Source of the DNA: Campylobacter sp.
Lineage (GTDB): Bacteria > Campylobacterota > Campylobacteria > Campylobacterales > Campylobacteraceae
Direction: 5' to 3'
Assembly (NCBI RefSeq): GCF_019423325.1
Contig: NZ_JAHZBQ010000003.1
Coordinates: forward strand, 138,601-202,600
DNA length: 64,000 nucleotides
Shown here: positions 40,661 to 49,533 of the stretch, one piece after another
How the letters are laid out: every line of letters begins with the position of its first letter
Numbering within the stretch: position 1 is the stretch's first letter
Notes under the pieces: generated by a model
Database searches by the model: none
What the model was told of the DNA's origin: nothing
The model's input: the letters and a program-made list of their open reading frames with translations, nothing else
Program-made: the position numbers and the translations under genes

Positions 40661-41527
40661 TTGACCCATTTTATCATTGACGACGAAAATATCGACGTCG
40701 ATAATATATTCGACGTCGTAAATCTCAAAGAGGGCGACGAGCTGAATATCGTCTCCAACACCGCTAAAAAGATCGACGCCTTGACCCTTGCGCGCCTATC
40801 GAAGATGGGCGTTAGCATAGGCGAGGTTTTTACGATCGGCAAGCAAAGAAAGGACTTCGCCGATAAGATCATCGTGTTTTTGATGGGTAAGCTCTGCGGG
40901 CAGGAGGGCAAGATCGGTATCGTCAGCAACGACAAATTTTACGACGACGTGATAGAATTCTTTAACGATCTAAACTACCGCAAAAATCCTAAATTTGAAA
41001 AGATCAGTCTAGCCTCGCATGCCGCAGGGGCGAACGCAAAGCAAGGCAAGGCAGGCGGCGCGGCGGAGAAAAAAGCCCAAAAACCGGAGCCGAAAACTGC
41101 AAAGCAGGAGCCAAAGGCCCAAAAGCAAGGTGCAAAAGCCGCAAAGCAGGAGCCGAAGGCTGTACAACATGAACAAAAAGCCGTAAATTCTAAAATCTCC
41201 AAAGCAGACCTTGCCGCGGCGGAGGCGCTGATCCCGCAGTGCGTGAGCCTACAAGCCCTCTATGCCGCATGCGTCGCAAAGCTCGGCAGAGCCAAAGGCT
41301 GCGAGGTCTACCGCGAGATCAAGGACGGCGCGCGAGCAAGGTACGCGAGCATCGCCTACGATAGCGACTTAAAAGACGGCGCCGTAAGGCGAAACGCGAT
41401 CAAGCTTTACCGCGAAAGCGGCGGCGATATGGCGGAATTTCACAATAGGCTGACGAGCGAATACAAACACGCTGGTCCTGAAATTTATAAAGAATTTAAA
41501 GAAAAACTCGTCGGAAAGATGATCTAG
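40661..41527 (+). CDS. hypothetical protein; possible NYN/LabA-like N-terminal domain, Lys/Ala/Gln-rich repeat linker
   Basis: 288 aa. FIIDDENIDVD and IGIVSNDKFYDDVIEFF resemble NYN/LabA PIN-fold motifs (weak, from memory). The linker has KQEPKA-type repeats. Confidence 0.4.
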   Translation: MTHFIIDDENIDVDNIFDVVNLKEGDELNIVSNTAKKIDALTLARLSKMGVSIGEVFTIGKQRKDFADKIIVFLMGKLCGQEGKIGIVSNDKFYDDVIEFFNDLNYRKNPKFEKISLASHAAGANAKQGKAGGAAEKKAQKPEPKTAKQEPKAQKQGAKAAKQEPKAVQHEQKAVNSKISKADLAAAEALIPQCVSLQALYAACVAKLGRAKGCEVYREIKDGARARYASIAYDSDLKDGAVRRNAIKLYRESGGDMAEFHNRLTSEYKHAGPEIYKEFKEKLVGKMI

Positions 41528-41793
41528 GCACTTCGGGCGCAAGGATTTAAGGCACAGCGATAGTACGCGTCGCGACGTAGCGGCTAAAGCACGGCCTGGC
41601 AGCGTTAGATGTATCGTTACGGCGCGCGGCGATATGATGTAGCGCAACTAGACGCAACTAAAATGAAAATATTCGCTTGCGCGGCATCAGTCTTATTTTA
41701 CCGTATATAACCAAGCAAAGCCCAGGCGCTTAGGCATAGTAGCAGAGTAAAGATATATAGGATAAATTTCATTCTGCCAGGTTCAATCCGAGT

Positions 41794-42183
41794 CTAATCA
41801 TAGTTAAAGCTATATGGCTTGTAGCCGAAAATATGCAAGGTCTTTAAAGCGAGCTCTCTGACCTCTATCCAGGATTTGTTCTGATATACTAGATAGTCAT
41901 AAGTATCTCCCTCTAGCAAGCTTTGATCTTTAAAGTATCTATCTATGAGCTCCAAAAGTTCTCTTAGCGCATCCCTCTCATATGGCAGGAAGCAAAATTC
42001 AAATTGCTCCAATAAAGCGTTCTTGCATTCGGTATATAGAAATTCTATCATTTCCGATGGGCTTTCGTAATATTCAACCGCAGGATGTATCAAATGATCA
42101 ACTTGATATTCCAAAGAAGCCATACGGCATAGATTAACCATAAGCCCGCTTTTCCTAAATATCTCTTTTCCGTCAATTTGCAT
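41794..42183 (-). CDS. putative toxin-immunity protein, unknown family A (copy 1)
   Basis: 129 aa. About two-thirds identical by eye to the adjacent 42219-42608 product. Shared LCRMASLEYQV ... FEFCFLPYER ... SLLEGDTYDYLVY.NKSW.EVRELALKTL.IFGYKP..FNYD. Confidence 0.55.
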   Translation of the reverse strand: MQIDGKEIFRKSGLMVNLCRMASLEYQVDHLIHPAVEYYESPSEMIEFLYTECKNALLEQFEFCFLPYERDALRELLELIDRYFKDQSLLEGDTYDYLVYQNKSWIEVRELALKTLHIFGYKPYSFNYD

Positions 42184-42218
42184 TTAGGTTTCCTTTTATT
42201 GGGATATAAACTTCATAC

Positions 42219-42608
42219 TCAATCATAGTTGAAGTTTTCTGGTTTGTAGCCGAAAATATACAAAGTCTTCAAGGCTAGCTCTCTGACCTCTACCCATGAT
42301 TTATTGTGATAGACCAAATAATCATAGGTATCTCCCTCTAGCAGGCTGTTATCTCTAAAATATTTATGAATAAGATCCGCAAGTTCTTTTAAGATCTCTC
42401 TTTCATAGGGTAAAAAACAGAATTCAAATTTTCCGTCAAGGGCTCGCTCGCATTGGCTACATAGTACTTCTGCCATCTCCGATGGATCTTCGTAGTATTC
42501 AGCCGTAGCATGCACCAAATAATTGACTTGATATTCTAAAGAAGCCATGCGGCATAGCGAATATAGCAATGGAGCTTTATAATATATACTTTCTTCATTC
42601 ATTTGCAT
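42219..42608 (-). CDS. putative toxin-immunity protein, unknown family A (copy 2)
   Basis: 129 aa tandem paralogue of 41794-42183. Confidence 0.55.
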   Translation of the reverse strand: MQMNEESIYYKAPLLYSLCRMASLEYQVNYLVHATAEYYEDPSEMAEVLCSQCERALDGKFEFCFLPYEREILKELADLIHKYFRDNSLLEGDTYDYLVYHNKSWVEVRELALKTLYIFGYKPENFNYD

Positions 42609-42701
42609 TTAAATTTCCTTTTATTGGGATGTGGGTTTTGCCCGCATTATATCGTAATATATTTTTAAAATTCTCGCAGAAATTATCATTTTATAAAACT
42701 A

Positions 42702-42974
42702 CTATTTTAAAAGCGTAATTTGTTTTAAAGCCTTTTTCGCGCATCCCCTTAGATCCTCTTCACTTAATGAATCGCCTACCGTATCATCACCCCTCAACTC
42801 TTCGTCTGGTTCGAATTCATCGATGTCCGTAAGAAGTCTATTAAGCGGCTCATAATATTCATCGGGGAAATTTTTATCATTCATAAATTTATCCCAATAT
42901 ATCTTTTCAAATTCAAATACGTCGATTCTGTTTTGCAAAAAATCCTCTATTATTTTTATATATTCCTCTATCAT
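42702..42974 (-). CDS. small acidic protein, colicin-immunity-like (self-protective immunity family) candidate
   Basis: 90 aa. The I..FE.....F.........Y...L......D.FEPD.ELR pattern resembles colicin/CdiI-type immunity proteins as I remember them. Confidence 0.4.
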   Translation of the reverse strand: MIEEYIKIIEDFLQNRIDVFEFEKIYWDKFMNDKNFPDEYYEPLNRLLTDIDEFEPDEELRGDDTVGDSLSEEDLRGCAKKALKQITLLK

Positions 42975-42995
42975 TGACCCTCTTTCGGTATATTT

Positions 42996-43268
42996 TTAAT
43001 CGCCCACCGCTTTAATACTTAGAACCGACCATAGATTACTACCTATATTCACGCCTTCGCATAAATTTTTTATAATTGTTAAGTCGTTAGAAGAAATTTC
43101 TAAATCATATTCATACATTTGAACTAAAAAATCTTCCAGCGCTATACCATATTCTCCAGCCTTAACCAGCTCTTCCAAATAAATTACAAAGTCGCACCGA
43201 CCGACTCCAGCAAATTCATCTTTGTAATTACTGAATAAATTTAAAAATATCAGATCGCCGTATCTCAT
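42996..43268 (-). CDS. small protein, MafI-like immunity candidate
   Basis: 90 aa. The central GEYGIALEDFLVQMYEYDLEIS resembles the MafI-family immunity consensus as I remember it. Confidence 0.35.
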   Translation of the reverse strand: MRYGDLIFLNLFSNYKDEFAGVGRCDFVIYLEELVKAGEYGIALEDFLVQMYEYDLEISSNDLTIIKNLCEGVNIGSNLWSVLSIKAVGD

Positions 43269-43515
43269 TCGCCACTTTTCTTAAATTTATTTCTCATAGC
43301 CGCCCATTTTTAGAATGCAAATTTAACACTACAAATTTCATTCCGTAATGAACTATCTATAAGAATCCGATACTGCCCAATGCTAGTAAGATGATAGAAA
43401 TTCATCAAATATTCTTCCGTCATTTTTCCTCGCTTTAACTATGCTAACGTATATTTTCTTTAAATTCTAAAAATCAAATAAGCGTAGATTGACGCAAACT
43501 CGCCTTTATTAAATT

Positions 43516-44076
43516 TTAGTATAAATCAGACCAAAAAGGCACATACGGGCATTTTCCGACCGGCTTAAGAGGATTTTTACCAAATTCCCTCAAAAAGTAG
43601 TCATATAAATTTTTCCCATAATAAATGATATCGGTATAGTGTATAGATAAGACCGGCGGATCCGGTAATTTAAGACACGGCATATATCTATGAGAATATA
43701 CGGGTATAATCTTAGGCGCAATTTTGGCTACTTCTAGTACAACGGCTCGCTTGCGAGATCCGTCTTCGGGCATCGGACCCCATTTTTGCGTATTCCAATA
43801 GCCCTCGTTTGGGAAAATTTCATCAATAGGATCGTTTTTTAAGTACTCAAAGACGTAGTTCATAGCCCGCTTTATCTCCTTTATATTTTCATCGCTAAAG
43901 TCTCTCCAATTATAAAGTTTTACCGAAATAGGCAATGTATATGATAAAAAATCTCTTAGGCTTTTTGGAAATTTAAACTCATAAATTTGCTCTATTTTGT
44001 CTATTTCGCTCTCTTTCAAACCATCGCTCAATTCTATGCCGCTCTTTTCTAGCAGCTCTTTTATTTGCTTATACAT
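43516..44076 (-). CDS. SMI1/KNR4 (SUKH-1) family protein
   Basis: 186 aa. N-terminal LSDGLKESEIDKIEQIYEFKFPKSLRDFL is the hallmark SUKH/SMI1 opening. Size is typical. Confidence 0.7.
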   Translation of the reverse strand: MYKQIKELLEKSGIELSDGLKESEIDKIEQIYEFKFPKSLRDFLSYTLPISVKLYNWRDFSDENIKEIKRAMNYVFEYLKNDPIDEIFPNEGYWNTQKWGPMPEDGSRKRAVVLEVAKIAPKIIPVYSHRYMPCLKLPDPPVLSIHYTDIIYYGKNLYDYFLREFGKNPLKPVGKCPYVPFWSDLY

Positions 44077-44101
44077 ATTCTATTTTATCCTTATTAGGCT
44101 T

Positions 44102-44470
44102 TTAGTCGTAGTCGAAGTCGTCAAACTCATAACCAAAAATTTGGATTGTTTTTAGAGCTAATTCGCGTAGTTCGCAAAAGGTGCTATTGTGGTATATAAA
44201 ATCTTCATAGTCTGTCATAGAAGCCTTTTCCTCTTCCTCCCAAAATTTTGAATCGCACTCCGTAAATTTATCTAGCATTTTGGCTATCGCTTTACGTTCC
44301 TCTATACTGAAATAAATTTTGTTTGATTCCGCTAGGGCTATTTTACAAGCACTTTCACAATCTTCTATTAAATCTATGCACAACAAATACTTATCAAGCA
44401 TATATTTTTCTTGACACTCTAATGAGGCAAGGCAGCATAATTCTTTTAATAATCTTTCTTTTATCGACAT
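44102..44470 (-). CDS. putative toxin-immunity protein, unknown family A (divergent copy 3)
   Basis: 122 aa. Shares CLASLECQ near the N-terminus and a C-terminal DYEDFIYHN..F.ELRELALKTIQIFGYEFDDFDYD with the 41794/42219 pair. Confidence 0.5.
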   Translation of the reverse strand: MSIKERLLKELCCLASLECQEKYMLDKYLLCIDLIEDCESACKIALAESNKIYFSIEERKAIAKMLDKFTECDSKFWEEEEKASMTDYEDFIYHNSTFCELRELALKTIQIFGYEFDDFDYD

Positions 44471-44486
44471 TTTATTCTCCTAAATT

Positions 44487-45098
44487 TTATATCCCGTACC
44501 ACTTCGTTACATCCCCCTCTTCGTCGATATCGACCTCTATGTATTTGTATTTATTGTAAAGGCTCGGAATCAAAATTTCGTCATAATATTTTTTGCCGCA
44601 TTCTGCGATAAACATATACATATTATGATGGCACCACCGATTCGGCTCTTCCCAAAAAGCACCGTCTACGCGAGTATAATTTTTTAGAGGTTCGTATGGG
44701 CGAGCTATAAATTTATCTAAATTATAAAAGAAATTTTTTCTTAAAATTTTCCATTCTTCAAATTTTTTCATATTTAAATTTATATTGGCGCTAGTTTTAT
44801 GTTTTATGTCGGTATCTATGAAATTATTTAGATAAAATTGCCCAAATAGCATTATTAAAATATCTCTTACATTATCATCGCATAAATTAAAATTATGAAT
44901 TAATGCACTGGCGATAGAGTCGGTCTCATAGACTTCGGTGCTTTTCATTAGGCTAAACGCCTCAAGCTCATAAAAATCCAGTGGTCTTTTCCCGCTTGCG
45001 GCTTGAAAATCTTTAAAAATCTTAAATCTAAAATCTTCCGCTTCGCTAAAGAAATAGACGTATGGACTTAAATTTAGATTAAGTGCTTTTATTCTCAT
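44487..45098 (-). CDS. hypothetical protein (island gene)
   Basis: 203 aa, AT-rich, co-directional. No family recognised. Confidence 0.45.
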   Translation of the reverse strand: MRIKALNLNLSPYVYFFSEAEDFRFKIFKDFQAASGKRPLDFYELEAFSLMKSTEVYETDSIASALIHNFNLCDDNVRDILIMLFGQFYLNNFIDTDIKHKTSANINLNMKKFEEWKILRKNFFYNLDKFIARPYEPLKNYTRVDGAFWEEPNRWCHHNMYMFIAECGKKYYDEILIPSLYNKYKYIEVDIDEEGDVTKWYGI

Positions 45099-45130
45099 TT
45101 TATACCGTCCAAACTATTGTTTTTCGCATT

Positions 45131-45469
45131 TTAGTATTGTTTTGCATAATAAGCTCTTCCTTGCTGCGTTTCAGTCACGCCAAAGTATTTGCTATTTACA
45201 CTGACCGGCTCATAACTTTTATCATCTCTTAAAATATTTAAAATTTCAGATTTATCACATATCTCTTTCATTTCTGTATCATAACCCCAATTTGAACTAA
45301 ACAATCTTATATAACCTTGCTCGTATAAGAACAATAAAATTTCTTTCGCCACTTTAAGCGAATTGGCAACGTTAATAGAATTTAATTCCCAAACGATCTC
45401 CCATAAAGAGATATAATCGCCATCTTCGACTATTCCCGATAAAATAGTTAAAATCGTCTTTTTATTCAT
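45131..45469 (-). CDS. hypothetical small protein (island gene)
   Basis: 112 aa. No family recognised. Overlaps the upstream gene by 8 nt. Confidence 0.45.
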   Translation of the reverse strand: MNKKTILTILSGIVEDGDYISLWEIVWELNSINVANSLKVAKEILLFLYEQGYIRLFSSNWGYDTEMKEICDKSEILNILRDDKSYEPVSVNSKYFGVTETQQGRAYYAKQY

Positions 45470-45941
45470 TTAAAACCGCATTTCCTTTTAATGGAATTTT
45501 AACTACCGCACCGTCTTTGCTATTTTTAGCACAAGAATCCGGCGTACAATTTTCATAGAAAAATTTGATTTTATAAAAATTCTCATCCCCTGATGCAACT
45601 GCCAATAATAAGCTTTTTATGCGACGAAATCTATCGAAAATATTCGGCTTTGTATCTTCTTGATATTCATACGTTTTAAAACATTCGCTTTTTGCGTCTA
45701 TATCTACGTCGCGCCAACTTCCGTTTAGAAATATATCATTAGAGATAGAAATAATACCTTGCATTATTTCTGGGTCCAACTCTTTATTTTTATAATGCTG
45801 CAAAATCTTTTTTAAATCGGCTTCCAATTTCCAATACTCATCATCGGACCATAGATTATTATCTAAAATCATACCTATGAACGAATTTGCATCATATCTA
45901 TCATCAAATGCGGTATTTCTATAAAAATTTACAAGATTCAT
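45462..45941 (-). CDS. hypothetical protein, unknown family B (copy 2)
   Basis: I prefer the ATG at 45941 (AAAGGA RBS; MNLVNFYRNTAF...), which aligns with the start of the paralogue 45946-46332. Shared Y-R-N, NSF.G, W-S-D..YWKL and ..I.DRF.R.K.L motifs. Confidence 0.5.
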   Translation of the reverse strand: MNLVNFYRNTAFDDRYDANSFIGMILDNNLWSDDEYWKLEADLKKILQHYKNKELDPEIMQGIISISNDIFLNGSWRDVDIDAKSECFKTYEYQEDTKPNIFDRFRRIKSLLLAVASGDENFYKIKFFYENCTPDSCAKNSKDGAVVKIPLKGNAVLNE

Positions 45942-45945
45942 TGCA

Positions 45946-46332
45946 TTAATCCTTTGGAACATACCAAAAACCGCTATTGTCAAGCTTTTCTTTGAATGCG
46001 ATGCTGTTGCAAAGAACCTTTAATCTTTCAAATCTATCATATATGCTAGGCGCCACGCCGTCGCTGTTTTTTGCACACAGCATATTGCTTACATAAATTT
46101 CCGATTTGTCCTCCACGCCGATAACATCATTAAATATTGCTATTATTGCGACGAAAATTTCTCTTGGAAGCGTTTTGTTATGATAAAAGCTCAAAATCTG
46201 CATTAAAGCTTTATCCAACTTCCAATAGTCGCAATCTGACCAAGTTTTTTGATAGATAAATTTTCCGACAAACGAATTGATGCTGAATTTATCAGAATTT
46301 GTTGAATTTCGGTATAAAAGCTCTAAGTCCAT
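45946..46332 (-). CDS. hypothetical protein, unknown family B (copy 1)
   Basis: 128 aa paralogue of the 45462-45941 product. Confidence 0.5.
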   Translation of the reverse strand: MDLELLYRNSTNSDKFSINSFVGKFIYQKTWSDCDYWKLDKALMQILSFYHNKTLPREIFVAIIAIFNDVIGVEDKSEIYVSNMLCAKNSDGVAPSIYDRFERLKVLCNSIAFKEKLDNSGFWYVPKD

Positions 46333-46408
46333 TAATCACCTATCCTTTTTTTCATTTCTTTATTAAATTTAGCCATCTTTATGGCAAATTTTCGTTTATA
46401 AAAATCGA

Positions 46409-46744
46409 TTATTTTTTATTTGATAGCTCTTTAGATAGAATTTCTGAATTGGGATACAATTTTTTCAAAAATTCTATCTCTTCTTGATCTAGCTCATCTA
46501 AAACCTCTTCTATAGGTTTTTCGCTTAAAATTTTTCCATAAACCAAACTCAGCCTTTTATATGCGCGCGGGTTACCGTTCTTTTCAAATTGCCTTATTAT
46601 AGCAATTCTGCACTCTTTTGTTATTTCGGAATCGCCCATAAAAAGATCTTTTATATCGCAAGAGGCGCTTTGCTCTTTATATAGATAAAATATCCACGCA
46701 AATAATATTATAGCGGCGGCAATAAAGTAAATTTTATTTTTCAT
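46409..46744 (-). CDS. membrane-anchored small protein (first gene of the island)
   Basis: 111 aa. N-terminal TM/signal anchor IYFIAAAIILFAWIFYLY. Confidence 0.45.
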   Translation of the reverse strand: MKNKIYFIAAAIILFAWIFYLYKEQSASCDIKDLFMGDSEITKECRIAIIRQFEKNGNPRAYKRLSLVYGKILSEKPIEEVLDELDQEEIEFLKKLYPNSEILSKELSNKK

Positions 46745-46838
46745 GAAAGCTCTTATTCTTGTTATACCTTACTTATTTTTGGCTTTTTAGACATAAACGA
46801 TCAATCATAGAATTTGCCGATTTGATTAGTGATAAAAG

Positions 46839-46914
46839 TGGTGTCCTGCGTTGGATTCGAACCAACGACCCCCTCATTAAAAGTGAGATGCTCTACCTAC
46901 TGAGCTAGCAAGAC
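46839..46914 (-). tRNA. tRNA-Lys (anticodon UUU)
   Basis: Hand-folded, 76 nt. Acceptor GTCTTGC/GCAGGAC, anticodon loop CTTTTAA, T arm GTTGG-TTCGAAT-CCAAC, encoded CCA. Confidence 0.9.
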
Positions 46915-46925
46915 ATCGTAAGAAG

Positions 46926-47002
46926 TGGCGCGACGAATGGGGCTCGAACCCACGACCTCCGCCGTGACAGGGCGGCATTCTAACCAGCTGAACTACCGTC
47001 GC
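46926..47002 (-). tRNA. tRNA-Asp (anticodon GUC)
   Basis: Hand-folded, 77 nt. Acceptor GCGACGG/TCGTCGC, anticodon stem CCGCC/GGCGG with loop CTGTCAC, encoded CCA. Confidence 0.9.
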
Positions 47003-47062
47003 ACCAAAAATCACACTCGCAGCGCAAGTGCTAAAGAAGTATGAAATCCAAGGATTTCAAAA

Positions 47063-47138
47063 TGGTGGTCGCTGTAGGGATCGAACCTGCGACATCCACC
47101 TTGTAAGGGTGGCGCTCTACCAGCTGAGCTAAGCGACC
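47063..47138 (-). tRNA. tRNA-Val (anticodon UAC)
   Basis: Hand-folded, 76 nt. Acceptor GGTCGCT/AGCGACC, anticodon stem CCACC/GGTGG with loop CTTACAA, encoded CCA. One C-A mismatch in the T stem. Confidence 0.88.
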
Positions 47139-47265
47139 GTTTGGGTTTAAAAAGAAATGTAATTATATATCTAATACGATTAATTTTCACTTAAACAATG
47201 ATGAAAAGACTGAAATTGTGCTATACTTGCGACATAAAATTTTATCAAAGGCTCGGTAAATTTAG

Positions 47266-47853
47266 ATGAAAAAGTTGGTTTTCGCCCTGTTTTTGGCGCT
47301 TCAAGCCCCCGCTTACTCGCCGAACGAGATCGTAAACGCCATCGCCGCAGTAGCGCAAAACGAAGGGGTAAAGCCTGAAATTTTATACACCATCGTCAAA
47401 ATCGAAAGCGACTTCGAGCCCTACACGATCTCCTTTTTGACGAACAAAGCAAACGCCGATTATTTCGCAGGTCTGCGCAACCAAAATATCCGCATCAAAA
47501 CAAGCAACTATAGCCTAAATTCCAGCAAATGGGTCGTTACTATCATACCGGCAAACGAAATTTACGCCGTGCAGATCGCCAAGTACCTCTACGAGGATGG
47601 CTTTAGCATCGACGTGGGGCTCGGGCAGCTAAACGCCGTAAATTTCAGCCAAAATGAGATCGATTATATATTTAATCCGATGTATAACCTCACCAAATGC
47701 GCCAAAATTCTACGCAAATGCTGGAATGCTAAAGACAAAAATATCAAAGACACGATCGAGTGCTACAACTACGGCATGCGCAAACGCTACTCAAACCCCT
47801 ACTACAAGCGCTTTTACGAACATTACGAGAGATTTTTCGGTAAGCCCTATTAA
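47266..47853 (+). CDS. lytic transglycosylase (SLT domain) protein
   Basis: 195 aa. Signal peptide, catalytic-Glu region IVKIESDFEPY, and the GLGQLN motif. Confidence 0.75.
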   Translation: MKKLVFALFLALQAPAYSPNEIVNAIAAVAQNEGVKPEILYTIVKIESDFEPYTISFLTNKANADYFAGLRNQNIRIKTSNYSLNSSKWVVTIIPANEIYAVQIAKYLYEDGFSIDVGLGQLNAVNFSQNEIDYIFNPMYNLTKCAKILRKCWNAKDKNIKDTIECYNYGMRKRYSNPYYKRFYEHYERFFGKPY

Positions 47854-47874
47854 GAGTTAGTAAAATTTCGCTAA

Positions 47875-48945
<1,071 letters not shown>

Positions 48946-49010
48946 AATTTTAATATATTGGCAAAACTTGCTTTTTCTTGACGCCTAATTAAAAGACGGT
49001 TTGAAATTTT

Positions 49011-49040
49011 AACGCTCGTCGGACGGGCGTTAAAATTTTT
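49011..49040 (+). terminator. candidate kdsA terminator hairpin
   Basis: AACGCTCG-TCGGA-CGGGCGTT (one mismatch) followed by AAAATTTTT. Lies 65 nt after the kdsA stop. Confidence 0.35.
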
Positions 49041-49164
49041 ATAATACACGCATGGTTCACACCTAAAAATGTAAAAACATCTGAGCATAAATCGATAGAC
49101 TTATCATTGCCCTTGATCATTGTCTGTTTTACCAAAAAATTCAAACTTTCAAGTTTATAAATTT

Positions 49165-49425
49165 TTAAGCCTTAAATTTAAAAATTTCACCCACCTCGAT
49201 GCCTAAAATTTTTGAAATTTTATAAATATGCTCTAAATTAAAGTGCTTGTCGTAGCGGCAGCTCTCGCAGTTTGAGTAAAACGCGACCGACTTTATATCC
49301 ATACTTAGCGCCATATCCAGCTGGCTCATACCCTTGCTTTCGCGTAGTTTACGGACGTTGGCGGAGATTTGAAGATAAAAATTTTGTATCTCGTCTCCGT
49401 CAAAAAAGGCTAAATTTTCACTCAT
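49165..49425 (-). CDS. XRE-family helix-turn-helix transcriptional regulator
   Basis: 86 aa. HTH_3 pattern NVRKLRESKGMSQLDMALSMDI. Divergent from the Cys-rich peptide gene. Confidence 0.8.
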   Translation of the reverse strand: MSENLAFFDGDEIQNFYLQISANVRKLRESKGMSQLDMALSMDIKSVAFYSNCESCRYDKHFNLEHIYKISKILGIEVGEIFKFKA

Positions 49426-49430
49426 TTTTT

Positions 49431-49443
49431 TATCCTATAGGTA
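49431..49443. promoter_or_regulatory. operator-like half-degenerate palindrome TATCCTATAGGTA
   Basis: Shares the CCTATAGG core with the perfect palindrome at 49486-49499. Lies 6 nt upstream of the XRE start codon. Confidence 0.4.
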
Positions 49444-49485
49444 AAGTAAAAATTAAACTTTATTTGGATAAAATCCGCAAATCTA

Positions 49486-49499
49486 TATCCTATAGGATA
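49486..49499. promoter_or_regulatory. perfect 14-bp palindrome TATCCTATAGGATA (candidate XRE operator)
   Basis: Read directly. Lies 35 nt upstream of the peptide ATG, where a -10 element would be expected. Confidence 0.45.
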
Positions 49500-49533
49500 A
49501 ATAATTAGTAAATTTCTAGAGAAAGGAGAAGAA

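Noticed and set aside
40380-40935. Minus-strand ORFs of 68, 76 and 97 aa across the GNAT remnant and the start of the following gene
   Set aside because: They are antisense to recognisable GNAT-coding sequence and to the 288-aa ORF, and they have no motifs and no RBS.
41528-41793. Search for an att-type direct repeat of the tRNA-Lys 3' end, or for an integrase, at the far border of the immunity island
   Set aside because: I found no convincing copy of the tRNA-Lys 3' segment, only a weak GGTTCAATCC-like word near 41785 without stem pairing. There is no integrase or recombinase ORF anywhere in the island, so mobility cannot be claimed.
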